Shown here: positions 1 to 18,767 of the stretch, one piece after another | Numbering within the stretch: the first letter of the stretch is position 1 | How the letters are laid out: every line of letters starts with the position of its first letter | Assembly: GCF_002571385.2 (NCBI RefSeq) | Contig: NW_019217790.1 | Span: 1,399,996 to 1,463,995 of the forward strand | Direction: 5' to 3' | From: Stylophora pistillata | Taxonomy: Eukaryota | Length of the DNA: 64,000 nt | The notes under the pieces: generated by a model | Told to the model about the DNA's origin: nothing | The model's database searches: none | Seen by the model: only the letters and a program-made list of their open reading frames with translations | Translations under genes and position numbers: made by a program

Positions 1-2383
1 TTCCTATTTGGATCTGGAGCCTCATCCTCCGGCGGGAGCTTTACGTATGGCTTCGGTGTATCAAGTCAAGAGGGTGATACGAAACCAGTTTTCACTTTTG
101 GTAGTTCGAACCAAACATCGAGTCCAAGCTCGGGATTTTCAGTCACCTTTGGTTCCTCAAAGCAAGGAGAGCCTGGGAGTGAGCAGCATACAGAGGACTC
201 CAATAACAGTCTCTCCTTATCAAATGAACAAAGGCCTGATGAAGAAGCTGATGACTCCAAAGATGACCACAAACACCAAGAAATTTCGAAAAACCAAACA
301 TCAGCCAACCTGACCAAAGAAGAGGGAAAAAATGAAGATGCCGGGAAAGACATCATGACGAAGTTTAAACCTGCCGAAGGATCCTGGGAGTGTGAGATCT
401 GTATGGTGAACAACAACAGTGATAAGGTCGAATGTGCAGCTTGTGGAAGTGTAAAGCCAGGAGCAGAAGTCATTAAAGAACAAAGGCAATATTCAAAATC
501 ACTTTTTCCATTTGGGTTTGGCGCCTCGTCATCTGGGGGAGTCTTCTCATTCGGCTCTAGTGGAAGCGCTCAAGGCGATCCAAAACCAGTTTTCACTTTT
601 GGCAGCCAGAACCAGACTTCCATTCCAAGCTCTGAAGTTCCATTTAGGTTTGGCGCCTTAGGTCAAGGAGGAAAGTTGGGTGAACTGCAAACCAACAAAG
701 ATCCTAAAGCTAGTTCCTTGATTGACTCAGCAAGCAATAAAGGAACTGATGAGAACAAAGATGATCTAAAGCAGATTATTAAAGAAGGGGTAGATGTCAA
801 AGAAGAAGCTCGAGTGGATAAAAGCAGCACAGAAGAGAATACATCGAGCCTAGAAAGGTCAGTTGTGCGAGTTGTGTTTGACATCATGTTGAGATCGTAT
901 TCTAGTAACTGAAGCATTTCCGAAATAAATGGACTGGGTAACTGAGGGATATTTCAAATGCAGTGTTCGAAGTGAATTGTCTGTTTTTTACAAGGTTTTT
1001 TTTCCCATCTATGATCTTGCTCCACCTTTGGGACACGCATGAGGATAAAGGCTGATACATGGGACGCAGGAACGGGAATCTAGGTCCGATTCTTAAGAGA
1101 TTATAATAGTTTTTTGTTTTTGTTTTTGTTTTTTAAGCACAAAATAGCCTAAATAGAACATATAGGACACGTTTACCCGTTATACTTCCAAAATCGAAGG
1201 TACATGTATTCATAACTGATTCAAGTGTAATTATTATCGAAAGTTTCGATCCAAAAATCCACCAGACATTTTCTTCTTTTTCTGCTACAGTGACAAGGAC
1301 TCTGCCCTTGCCCTGCAAGACACAAAAGAAACTTTGCCAAACGAGGAGCTAAAGTTTCTGTTTGGTTCTCCCAACGTATCCTCATTGTCATTCCAGTCAA
1401 TAGCCAATTCGTCTCTGACTAACAGTCCGTTTGGGCAGAAACCAAAATCCGGTAATTCTGCTTCTGGGTTTTCGGGATCAGGCACCAAACTATTCACATC
1501 CCCATCTTCGGCAGACCGTTATGAGTCGACAACGGAAGAGGACCACGAGGGTCCACACTTTGAGCCGATAATCCCTCTACCTGAAAAGATCGATGTTAAG
1601 ACAGGGGAAGAGGATGAAGAAGTGATGTTCTCACACAGGGCAAAGCTATATCGTTTTGTGGCAGAGGACAAACAGTGGAAAGAGCGAGGAGTTGGGGATA
1701 TAAAACTTTTGAAAAATAGGCAGAGTGGAAAGCTAAGAGTTCTGATGCGGCGGGATAAAGTGCTGAAAGTTTGCGCCAATCATCAGATAACCACCGAAAT
1801 GAAACTACAGCCTAATGCAGGTTCAAATAGATCGTGGGTGTGGAGCACAATGGCAGACTTTTCAGAGGGGGAATGTAGAGCTGAGCAACTTGCCGTGAGA
1901 TTTAAATCAGAAGAGACAGCCAAGCAGTTCAAGGAGAAGTTTGAGGAATGTCAGAAAATGCTCAAGAACCCAACAGCAGTGAAACTACAAGTAAAACCTA
2001 AAAGCATAGATTGGAAGGAAGATCCTATGTCCAAGTTTAAACCTGCTGAAGGATCGTGGGAATGTACTGTCTGTATGGTGATCAACGACAGTGATAAAGT
2101 AGAGTGTATTGCTTGTGGAAGTATTAAACCAGGAGCAGAACCAAGTCAAGGCCAAAAGAAGGAGGTCAAACCGTCGTTTTTATTTGGATCTGGAGCCTCA
2201 TCCTCCGGCGAGGACTTAACGTCTGGCTTCGGTGTATCAGTTCAAGAGGGCGATAATAAACCAGTATACACTTTTGGTAGTTCGAATCAAACACCGAGTC
2301 CAAGCACAGGATTTTCATTCACCTTTTGTTCCTCTAATCAAAGGCGAAATTTGAGCGAATATCACACCAACAAAAACTCTTAA
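1..2383 (+). CDS. RANBP2: RanBP2/Nup358-like protein, 3' part (5' end outside window); exons <1-857 and 1291-2383
   Basis: Frame 1 is open from 1 to 857; AG|gtcagt donor and ctacag acceptor join in frame. Two RanBP2-type zinc fingers (WECEICMVNN...CAAC; WECTVCMVIN...CIAC), a Ran-binding domain (EEDEEVMFSHRAKLYRF...WKERGVGDIKLL...RVLMRRDKVLKVCANH) and FG-rich spacers. May be a paralogue rather than the orthologue. Confidence 0.85.
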
Positions 2384-2671
2384 GCTGATTCGTTACTTGA
2401 GTCGGCACGTGATGGAAGGAGCTGATGATACCAGAGATGATCAGACCCAGACTGTCGGTTCCAATAGGCAAACTCCCGATCCAAGCCAGAAGTCAAAAGG
2501 ATACTTAAATTCAGATCTGGAGCTACTGGAGGCTCTTGTGGAACAAGTGTAGGTGACAAAGAAGTTTCCACTTTTTGCAACTCTAAGTAGTACTTTCCAA
2601 AAGGTCTGGAAAGGAGCAGACTGACAGCAATTTTTATAAAAATAACGACACATTTGAAACTAAATTTATAA

Positions 2672-2704
2672 GACATGTTTCGGTCGTTCAACGACCATCT
2701 TCAG
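2672..2704 (-). ncRNA. Minimal hammerhead ribozyme motif in the Penelope terminal repeat; second copy at 3951-3983 (+) has GAAA changed to GAAG
   Basis: Minus strand reads CTGAAGA-T-GGTCG-TTGAA-CGACC-GAAA-CATG-TC: catalytic core boxes, 5-bp stem II and palindromic ACATGT stem III. Stem I is weak. Confidence 0.6.
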
Positions 2705-2749
2705 TTGAGAGTAGAACTGATTTGAAGTTACATTTGAGTTTATAATGTA

Positions 2750-3167
2750 CAGTAAAAACCCGGAAGTCAGAACCTAAAAATTAAGAACCTGTTGGCCTAA
2801 AATTTGCCATTTACACCCCCTATAAACAAGAACCTATTTAGCCTAAGAAAATTAAAATAGGTTCTTATTTTCTAAAATCATATAGTACATTACAGGTACA
2901 CTGAAATTATTTACTGTAATCATAATCGAAGAAAAACCAGATTGCCATTGCTGTAAAACATGACTTTCTTAAAAAAAATTTGTGCAAAATATGTAGTTAC
3001 TAAATATAGGACAATTACCAACTTGTTATGCAGGTGTGTTTTTCTCCAAGAATAAGAACCTGTTTTAAAAACCTAAATAGCCTAAAATTTTGTTAAGTAC
3101 CATTTATATAAGAACCTGTTTAGGCTAACTCCTAAAAATGTAGGTTCTTACTTGCGGGTTTTTACTG
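2750..3167. mobile_element. Tc1/mariner-type MITE nested in the Penelope inverted arm
   Basis: TIRs CAGTAAAAACCCGGAAGTCAGAACCTA / TAGGTTCTTACTTGCGGGTTTTTACTG, flanked by TA and TG. Removing it restores the Penelope arm. Confidence 0.8.
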
Positions 3168-4800
3168 TGGTACCAAACAAAAGCTATTGAAAGAATACCC
3201 AAAGGTAACAAAAGAGTGTAAAAAATGACGGGTTAATTAGAACGAAAGAGTTAAATTAACGTGATATAATTGCTTGTATTGTTTAAAGAAGGTTGGTCCC
3301 AGGAAATATGTAGCGCTTCTTTTATCTTGACCAAAACTCAGATCTCTTCGAATATACCTGCTAGTCTTTTTTCAAATTACCCTATGTCGGCCCCTTCTCT
3401 GTTATAGCACAAAACAGATTACGTAAATTACTTAAACGTTATTGTAACAATCTCGATGTTAAGCTAGCCTTTTCCTCCTTCAAGATCCGCGACATGTTTG
3501 GTGTGAAAGACCCTGTGCCTGTCGAACCTCGTTCGAATGTTGTTTACAAGTTTACCCGTGCAAGCTGTAATTCTTGCTATGTCGGCGAAACTAGCCGACA
3601 CCTTTCGACACGCATTCGCGAACACTTAGACAGGGACACGACCTCCCATATCTTTCAACATCTTCAACAATCCCAAACATGCCGCAATTCCTGCTCTGCT
3701 GAGTGTTTTAAAGTTACAGATCGTGCGACCACAAGATTCCAGGTCAAGATAAAAGAAGCCCTACATATTTCTTTGGACCAACCTTCTTTAAACAAGCAAT
3801 TATATCACGTTTGTTTAACTCTTTCGTTCTAATTAACACGTCATACCATACACTCTTTTGTTACCTTTGGGTATTCTGTCAGTTTCAATAGCTTTTGTTT
3901 AGTACTACAATATAAATTCAAATGTAATTTCAAATCAGTTCTACTCTCAACTGAAGATGGTCGTTCAACGACCGAAGCATGTCTTATAAATTTAGTTTCA
4001 AATGTGTCGTTCTTTTTATAAAAATAGTAGTTTCCTGGTGAATTTGAATTTTCATTATCAGGGGGAAGGTTTCAGGTTTGACTCCACAGGAATAACCTCA
4101 GCCGAAGAAACAAAATTATACTCCTTGTAACTCCAATCGAACAAAATAGCACCGTTGTTTTAGTGTGGGCCTGGAACATCATTCTGGTTTCAAAAGGTCT
4201 TAAAATAGTCTAGCTTGGTTCAATTCCATTCATAAATTTTTGTACCTCGGAGGAAAACTTAAGGGAACTCACCCGGGAACCTAGGTTTTGATCTAAATCT
4301 GCTGCATTACTGAGTAGGAGAAACGGAAATATAGGGTTGATTTAAAATTTGAAACTCGAGAGAGTGGAGTTGAAGACATGCAATAGCTGTCAAATTAACA
4401 TTATCACTGACATAGAAAAAGGAAACACAAGACTTTTAAATACTTACGGCTACATTCAAACGTTTATTTTGACTTGAGGAAATAAACAAACAAAAGTCTT
4501 TCTTGCCAAGTTTATGAAAAATTAGCGTATTGGACATGTACAAATGCAAAAAAATTTTAAAGAATATTTACAAGAGACAAAAAATGATTCCTTGTATCTA
4601 AAAATAAAGCAAAAGAGCTCAAAACTGCGAGATACATTGAAAATAGCAATGAGTACAACGGTAAAGGCACACTTTACAACAGCTTCCTCTCCTATACAAA
4701 CTGTATCTAATCTCTCAGGTCAACGGAGAAAATATATCAAATACAAGAACAGTACTCTCCTCATATTGACTCCAACTCTCTCTGGACTCTTTAACCTCTC

Positions 4801-12925
<8,125 letters not shown>

Positions 12926-13028
12926 ATTCGAAGCGGATTTTAAATTATGAGGCAAAAAACGTGCTTTACTATGAGCCTAAACCGAACACTTCATCTGCTC
13001 GAAAGAGCGTCTTGTAACATGTGACGAA

Positions 13029-13041
13029 TTTGGCGCGAAAA
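13029..13041. promoter_or_regulatory. E2F binding site in the bidirectional MCM7/GNAT promoter
   Basis: TTTGGCGCGAAAA matches TTTSSCGC on both strands, ~105 bp upstream of the MCM7 ATG. MCM genes are established E2F targets. Confidence 0.75.
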
Positions 13042-13134
13042 GCTCAGGACCTTGCTGTATTGTGGGTAGAATGTTCACTGAATGGGTTACTTTGTTATGT
13101 AAGCTCACATATAATGTCTTATAAATCGTATGCT

Positions 13135-16100
13135 ATGGAGCTGAGACGAGACCAGTGTCAGTTGAATTTCTATGATCTTCAAAAAAAAATTATTCCTGAG
13201 ATCAAGTTAAGCAGTGATTTCCCGATTTGCACCTGGAAGGTAAGAGGCACATTTGTTTTGATTTGATCGAACTCAAATAATGAACGGAAAATGAAAAAGA
13301 TCTGAAAAGATGCAAGATTCCGTACAGGTTAGGTTCTGGTTGTGTCTAAATACAACAAGTTATGTTTATTTTATACAGTAAAATGTACAAAAGAACTCCT
13401 TTATACGAAAAACTGAAATCCTTCTTTCTCATCCACTTAAAAAATTTCTGCTCTCCAGTCTCCGCACCATGGCCCCCCTTCATGAATTGCACTCTTGATT
13501 TTTAAAAAATTCCTGCAGTGTATTTTCTTTATCAAAGAACCAAGGTTTTTCGGAAAAAATCCATTTTTCAGCATTAAACAATCAAATAGGTCTATTTAAT
13601 GTAAAATCAGGTGAAAAAGTTAGGGTTAGNNNNNNNNNNNNNNNNNNATAGACCACTTTCATAAATGGCTGCCAGATTAATATTCTTTTGTTTAAATTTA
13701 AATTAGCCTTTCTGGCCTTGTTCTCCAGTACAAAATTCAAAAGAATACATTATCTCAAGCGAGGCCAGAAAGGCTAATTTAAATTTAAACAAAAGAATAT
13801 TAATCTGGCAGCCATTTATGAAAGTGGTCAATGAGATGCTGAGGGCTTGTCTTCAGATTGGGCAATAGTCAACCATGTATGCTAGATTCTAACTTCTGGT
13901 TCCTCCAGGCCAAGCAGACATTTCCAATTTTTTTTAAATTAAATTGGTTCATTGCAGGGAGTATCATTTTGCAAATGCAACAACTTGATCAGTAAACTTT
14001 TCCACCAATAAAGGTCAAAGCCTGTAAGCTTTGGAAATAGTGAATTTTTATTGACCGTCTTGTTTTATGTAAATAGAACAAGCTTTTTTATATCTTGTTA
14101 GCTCATTCATTTTATTTCTTTAAATGTTTGTTTGTCCATTTGACATTTTATTTTGGTATTATCAAAAAGAACTCTTTGAGTTTTTCTTTTTGAATGAATA
14201 ATTCCAAAAGAAAATGAGTCCAATGTATAATTTCTGCATTTCAATACAGGTTATTTCAAGAAAAGAAGTCTGTAACTGTAAAACTAAGTATATTTTACTT
14301 TCAAAGGTACCTTAAAGGGTTTTATATGTAGAATAAGGTAAGAAAATTACACCTTGAGATTAAAATACACAATATTTATACGACTATCAAGGCTCAACAC
14401 TGACGGTAGCCAACTAGCCACAGACCAGTTTAAATTCACTTTTGGCTGGTGGTTTTCAATTTCTATTGGCCAGTTTGGCTGGTAGACAAACTGAAATTGT
14501 CGTAACATCTAAGATGTCACTAGCCTCCGCACCATGGCCCCCCTTCATGAATTGCACTCTGGATTTTTAAAAAATTCCTGCAGTGTATTTTCTTTATCAA
14601 AGAACCAAGGTTTTTCGGAAAAAATCCATTTTTCAGCATTAAACAATCAAATAGGTCTATTTAATGTAAAATCAGGTGAAAAAGTTAGGGTTAGGGTTAA
14701 CACTCCCGTTTCCTTACCTTCAAACCCTCTCGCCTAATTTGCCACTTTTAGACCCACAGTTCAACCAGCTTAACCCCTTTTCTGCCCAAAACCAGTGTGC
14801 ATTTTCTCCATACTGTTCTCTACACATTCCCTATGGATGTAACAAGGAGAATTTATTTAACAATCAAGAGCCTCTTTAGTTGGTGGTCATTTTCTGCGTT
14901 CTCATGAACTTGATATGTAATTTAAGTATGAAGTATAGAAAGGAGAAATTAAATGCTAGTCTTGTGGTGGCCAAACAGTTAGAGATAATGGACCAACAAA
15001 TATTTGAGACCTTAAAAAAGTATATCAAGGCCTTTCAAACTTCAGAAGAAAAGAGGAATCATTTTGATGTGATGTCTTCACTTAATATATGTGAGAAAAT
15101 ATATTTTGTAAATATTTGATGAAATGCATATAGATGAGAAAGTTGAAGTTGACTTTTGAAATATCTGAGAATGTTCATATTTTGTGCAGAATGGGGATGA
15201 ACACAGATGGATTGAAATAGGTATGTGATGATGGTTGTCCTTTAATTTGACCAGCTAACAAGTCGCTTGTTACTGTAACAGTTATATATTGAATGAAGGA
15301 AACATCTTACAACTGAAGTAGTTTACACCATCAAAACTCAATGCTCATTATTTAAAGTGCACCTAAACCCAAAATTTTTTTTGCTTAACGAAATAAGCGT
15401 ATTTTTTGGAGTATTTCTGTGCAAAAATTTTTTCTATTTGCTCAAATCTTCAATTTTCTGTGCCCAATCAAAATACGGAAAATCGGCCGCCATCTTGCCC
15501 CGCGACCGAGTTTAAAGAGGAATGGCTCTAGCAGGTAATGTGACGTCAAATTGAGAACACGAAAGTCTGCATTTCACACATTTTCACTTGTTTGGGAAGG
15601 TTGAGCAAGAGGGTATCGCGCTTCATACATTCTTCATACAACACACCTAGTCGGCATATTTCAGACAATATCGACAACAACCTTCCCAAACAAGTGAAAA
15701 TGTGTGAAGTGCAGACTTTCGTGTTCTCAATTTGACGTCACATTACCCTCTAGAGCCATCCCTCTTTAAACTCGGTCGTGGGGCAAGATGGCAGCCGATT
15801 TCCCGTATTTTGACTGGGCACAGAAAATTAAAGATTTGAGCAAATTAAAAAATTTTTACACAGAAATACTCCAAAAAATTAGCTAATTTCGTTGAGCGAA
15901 AAAAAAAATTGGGGGTTTAGGTGCGCTTTAAATTCATCAGCACCCCAGATAGAGAAAGTTACAGCGAGTAAAGGATCTATCTAAAGAATGCAACATAATA
16001 ATCTGACTCTGGGTCTCAGACTTAGACCTTTTAAACTGTCTTGGCATGCACTAGCCAATGGTTTCCAAAGTTTTCAGCTCTTATGATGTCTTCATTTTCA

Positions 16101-16835
16101 GTTAAAGAAGCATTTGGTGACTATATGTCTGATTGGAGTGCTGAGAAATTTGTTGAGAGGTGTGTAATTAATCATTTCTGGTTATGTGCCTGCTTGAATA
16201 ACTCATTTTTAGTAATAAGGATGTGTTAATATTGTATAGAATCCTCTTGGGAAGTTCTGTCCTAAAATATTAAGAGCTATTATCAACATTTTCCTCAACA
16301 AAAATTTGCTTAGTTAGTACACAATTATTTGCAACAGAAATCAAGCCACTTAATAGCACCACAAAGACATTCACTTAAGAAACTATTTCAAGTAATTGTC
16401 TAATTTATGTTTTGTTTCTTTATTTTTATTTTATTTTTATATTTAAATATGAACCATTAATTAAAATTCTACTTATATACCAGTGATTAAAAGTTCCACT
16501 TTTTTTAACCAGTGTATTTTATTTTTTACAGGTATGCATCAAGTCCCCTGTTTAAGGAAGATGGCTTTTTCTTCATCAGACATAAAGAGAGATATGTAGC
16601 CACAGCATTTGCCTGGCAAGAAAAAACAAACTCATCCGAAGGACGTCTTCATTGGTTAGCAGTGTTGCCTGAGTATCACAGGCGTGGCTTGGGGAGAACT
16701 CTTGCATTGCATGTTCTTTATTATCATAAGGATCATGGGAAGCAATCAGTGTGTCTTAAAACTGAGATTTACAGACATTCTGCAATTAAACTTTACAAAG
16801 ACATTGGATTTGTTTGTGTTGCTAAAGGGACCTGA
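13135..16835 (+). CDS. GNAT-family N-acetyltransferase; exons 13135-13239, 15190-15220, 16102-16159, 16532-16835 (alternative in-frame ATG at 13114)
   Basis: Exon phases join in frame: MELRRDQCQL...ICTWK|NGDEHRWIEI|VKEAFGDY...FVE|RYASSP... Motif A is LHWLAVLPEYHRRGLGRTL and motif B is AIKLYKDIGF. Confidence 0.85.
13648..13832. mobile_element. Palindromic MITE (TAGACCACTTTCATAAATGGC termini); copies at 16916-17100 and 33350-33524
   Basis: Near-perfect inverted arms of ~70 bp; three copies in the window, two of them part of the local duplication. Confidence 0.8.
15352..15931. mobile_element. Fold-back MITE with TTAA target-site duplication (Kolobok/piggyBac-type) in GNAT intron 2
   Basis: TTAA-AGTGCACCTAAACCC...GGGTTTAGGTGCGCT-TTAA, with ~250-bp inverted arms. 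Confidence 0.8.
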
Positions 16836-17954
16836 CAGAGCCACCAAAACAAATTATCACTCTATTTGCAATGTAGGTGTCATCCTTTGCAACTTGCATA
16901 TACAAGGGAAGGGACATAGACCACTTTCATAAATGGCTGCTGGACTAATATTCTTTTGTTTAAATTTAAATTAGCCTTTCTGGCCTTGTTCTCCAGTACA
17001 AAATTCAAAAGAATACATTATCTCAAGCGAGGCCAGAAAGGCTAATTTAAATTTAAACAAAAGAATATTAATCTGGCAGCCATTTATGAAAGTGGTCAAT
17101 GAGATGCTGAGGGCTTGTCTTCAGATTGGGCAATAGTCAACCATGTAGGCTAGATTCTGACTTCTGGTTCCTCCAGGCCAAGCAGACATTTCCAATTTTT
17201 TTAAATTAAATTGGTTCATTGCAGGGAGTATCATTTTGCAAATGCAACAACTTGATCAGTAAACTTTTCCACCAATAAAGGTCAAAGCCTGTAAGCTTTG
17301 GAAATAGTGAATTTTTATTGACCGTCTTGTTTTATGTAAATAGAACAAGCTTTTTTATATCTTGTTAGCTCATTCATTTTATTTCTTTAAATGTTTGTTT
17401 GTCCATTTGACATTTTATTTTGGTATTATCAAAAAGAACTCTTTGAGTTTTTCTTTTTGAATGAATAATTCCAAAGGAAAATGAGTTCAATGTATAATTT
17501 TTGCATTTCAATACAGGTCATTTCAAGAAAAGAAGTCTGTAACTGTAAAACTAAGTATATTTTACTTTCAAAGGTACCGTAAAGGGTTTTATATGTAGAA
17601 TAAGGTAAGAAAATTACACCTTGAGATTAAAATATACAATATTTATACTACTATCTAGGCTCAACACTAACGGTAGCCAACTAGCCACAAACCAGTTTAA
17701 ATTCACTTTTGGCTGGTGGTTTTCAATTTCTATTGGCCAGTTTGGCTGGTAGACAAACTGAAATTGTCGTAACATCTAAGATGTCACTAGCCACTTGGCT
17801 AGTAAGTTGAGAATTTAGAGTGGAGTCCAGACTTTAAATCTATGAAGTTCTATATTGAGATTAAAGTATCCAAAATTTATACCAATATAAATCTTTGAAG
17901 TTCTGTAATCCATAATATTTGTTACCAACAAGCTGTAGGTACATATTTGTGCAG

Positions 17955-18158
17955 GATCCTCGCAGTAAAGAGCACTATTTAAGCAATAGTGAAGGTCAGA
18001 CCTGAAAAAAATTCAGGCTTGTACGGGATTCAAACCACTGACCTCTGCAATTCTAGTGCAGTGCTCTACCAATTGAGCTAACTGGCCAACTGGGAGCCAA
18101 TTTGTTTCAGGTCTGATCTTCACTATTGCTTAAATCGTGCTCTTTACTGCGACGATCA
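17955..18158 (-). mobile_element. tRNA-like core enclosed by ~50-bp inverted repeats; related copy at 54422-54620 (+)
   Basis: Core TAGCTCAATTGGTAGAGC...GGTT(T/C)GAATCCC between gatcctcgcagta.agagc.cta and its reverse complement. Confidence 0.75.
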
Positions 18159-18767
18159 TGCACAAATACCTTTCTATAACCGCAGTTCAGATATATGAAT
18201 TTCATATATTCGTTGTGTCTAAGCTGTAGGTATTTGTAAATAAATTTTGAATTTTCAGTTGACGATATAGGCCACTAAATTACTAACTCTGAACATAGTT
18301 TTCCCACTTTTAAACCATACGCATGGCAGAAAAGATATAACCGCTATCTGTTTTTTTTCCGATGCTGCTCAGCATAAAGTCCTGCATATGTCGAGTTTGA
18401 CGCATTTGCATTAGAATATCAAGCAGACTCGAGTTATATCTGAAGGGTTAAAATCATCCACTTGAATTTAACTTTAATGAGTATTAATTCAAATATTCTC
18501 CGACTCTTTAAATGGAGCTGGTCTCACACTCATTTTAATGTACATGTAGACCGCCTGAAGCGCGGCTAACGCTAGTGACCGAGTGGCAATTGATTGTAAC
18601 GTTGCATCTGATTGGTTGAGAGGTCAGCCCGAATTTTCTTGACTAATGATGTGGCATCGCGAAGAATTAACGCGAACGTATCTTGGTTTTCATTGGGTTC
18701 TCTGTTGGAAATTGCCTTCACTCCGGCTTAACTCATGAAACGGCCATCACCTGATGAGTTATAACTG

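Larger units (their letters stand above)
2631..4024 (+). mobile_element. 5'-truncated Penelope-like retroelement: GIY-YIG endonuclease remnant (~3366-3832) preceded by an inverted copy of its own 3' end
   Basis: FKLPYVGPFS...VVYKFTRASCNSCYVGETSRHLSTRIREH...KIKEALHI...PSLNKQ is typical of PLE C-termini. 2631-2749 plus 3168-3332 is the reverse complement of ~3741-4024. Confidence 0.85.
13460..17792. repeat. Local direct duplication around an N-gap: 13460-13629 matches ~14525-14694, and 13648-14524 matches ~16916-17792
   Basis: Near-identical blocks with scattered substitutions; junction gatgtcactagc|ctccgcaccatgg at ~14524. Confidence 0.85.

Noticed and set aside
13619-14698. TTAGGG units as interstitial telomere
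   Set aside because: Only about two units, lying within the duplicated segment.
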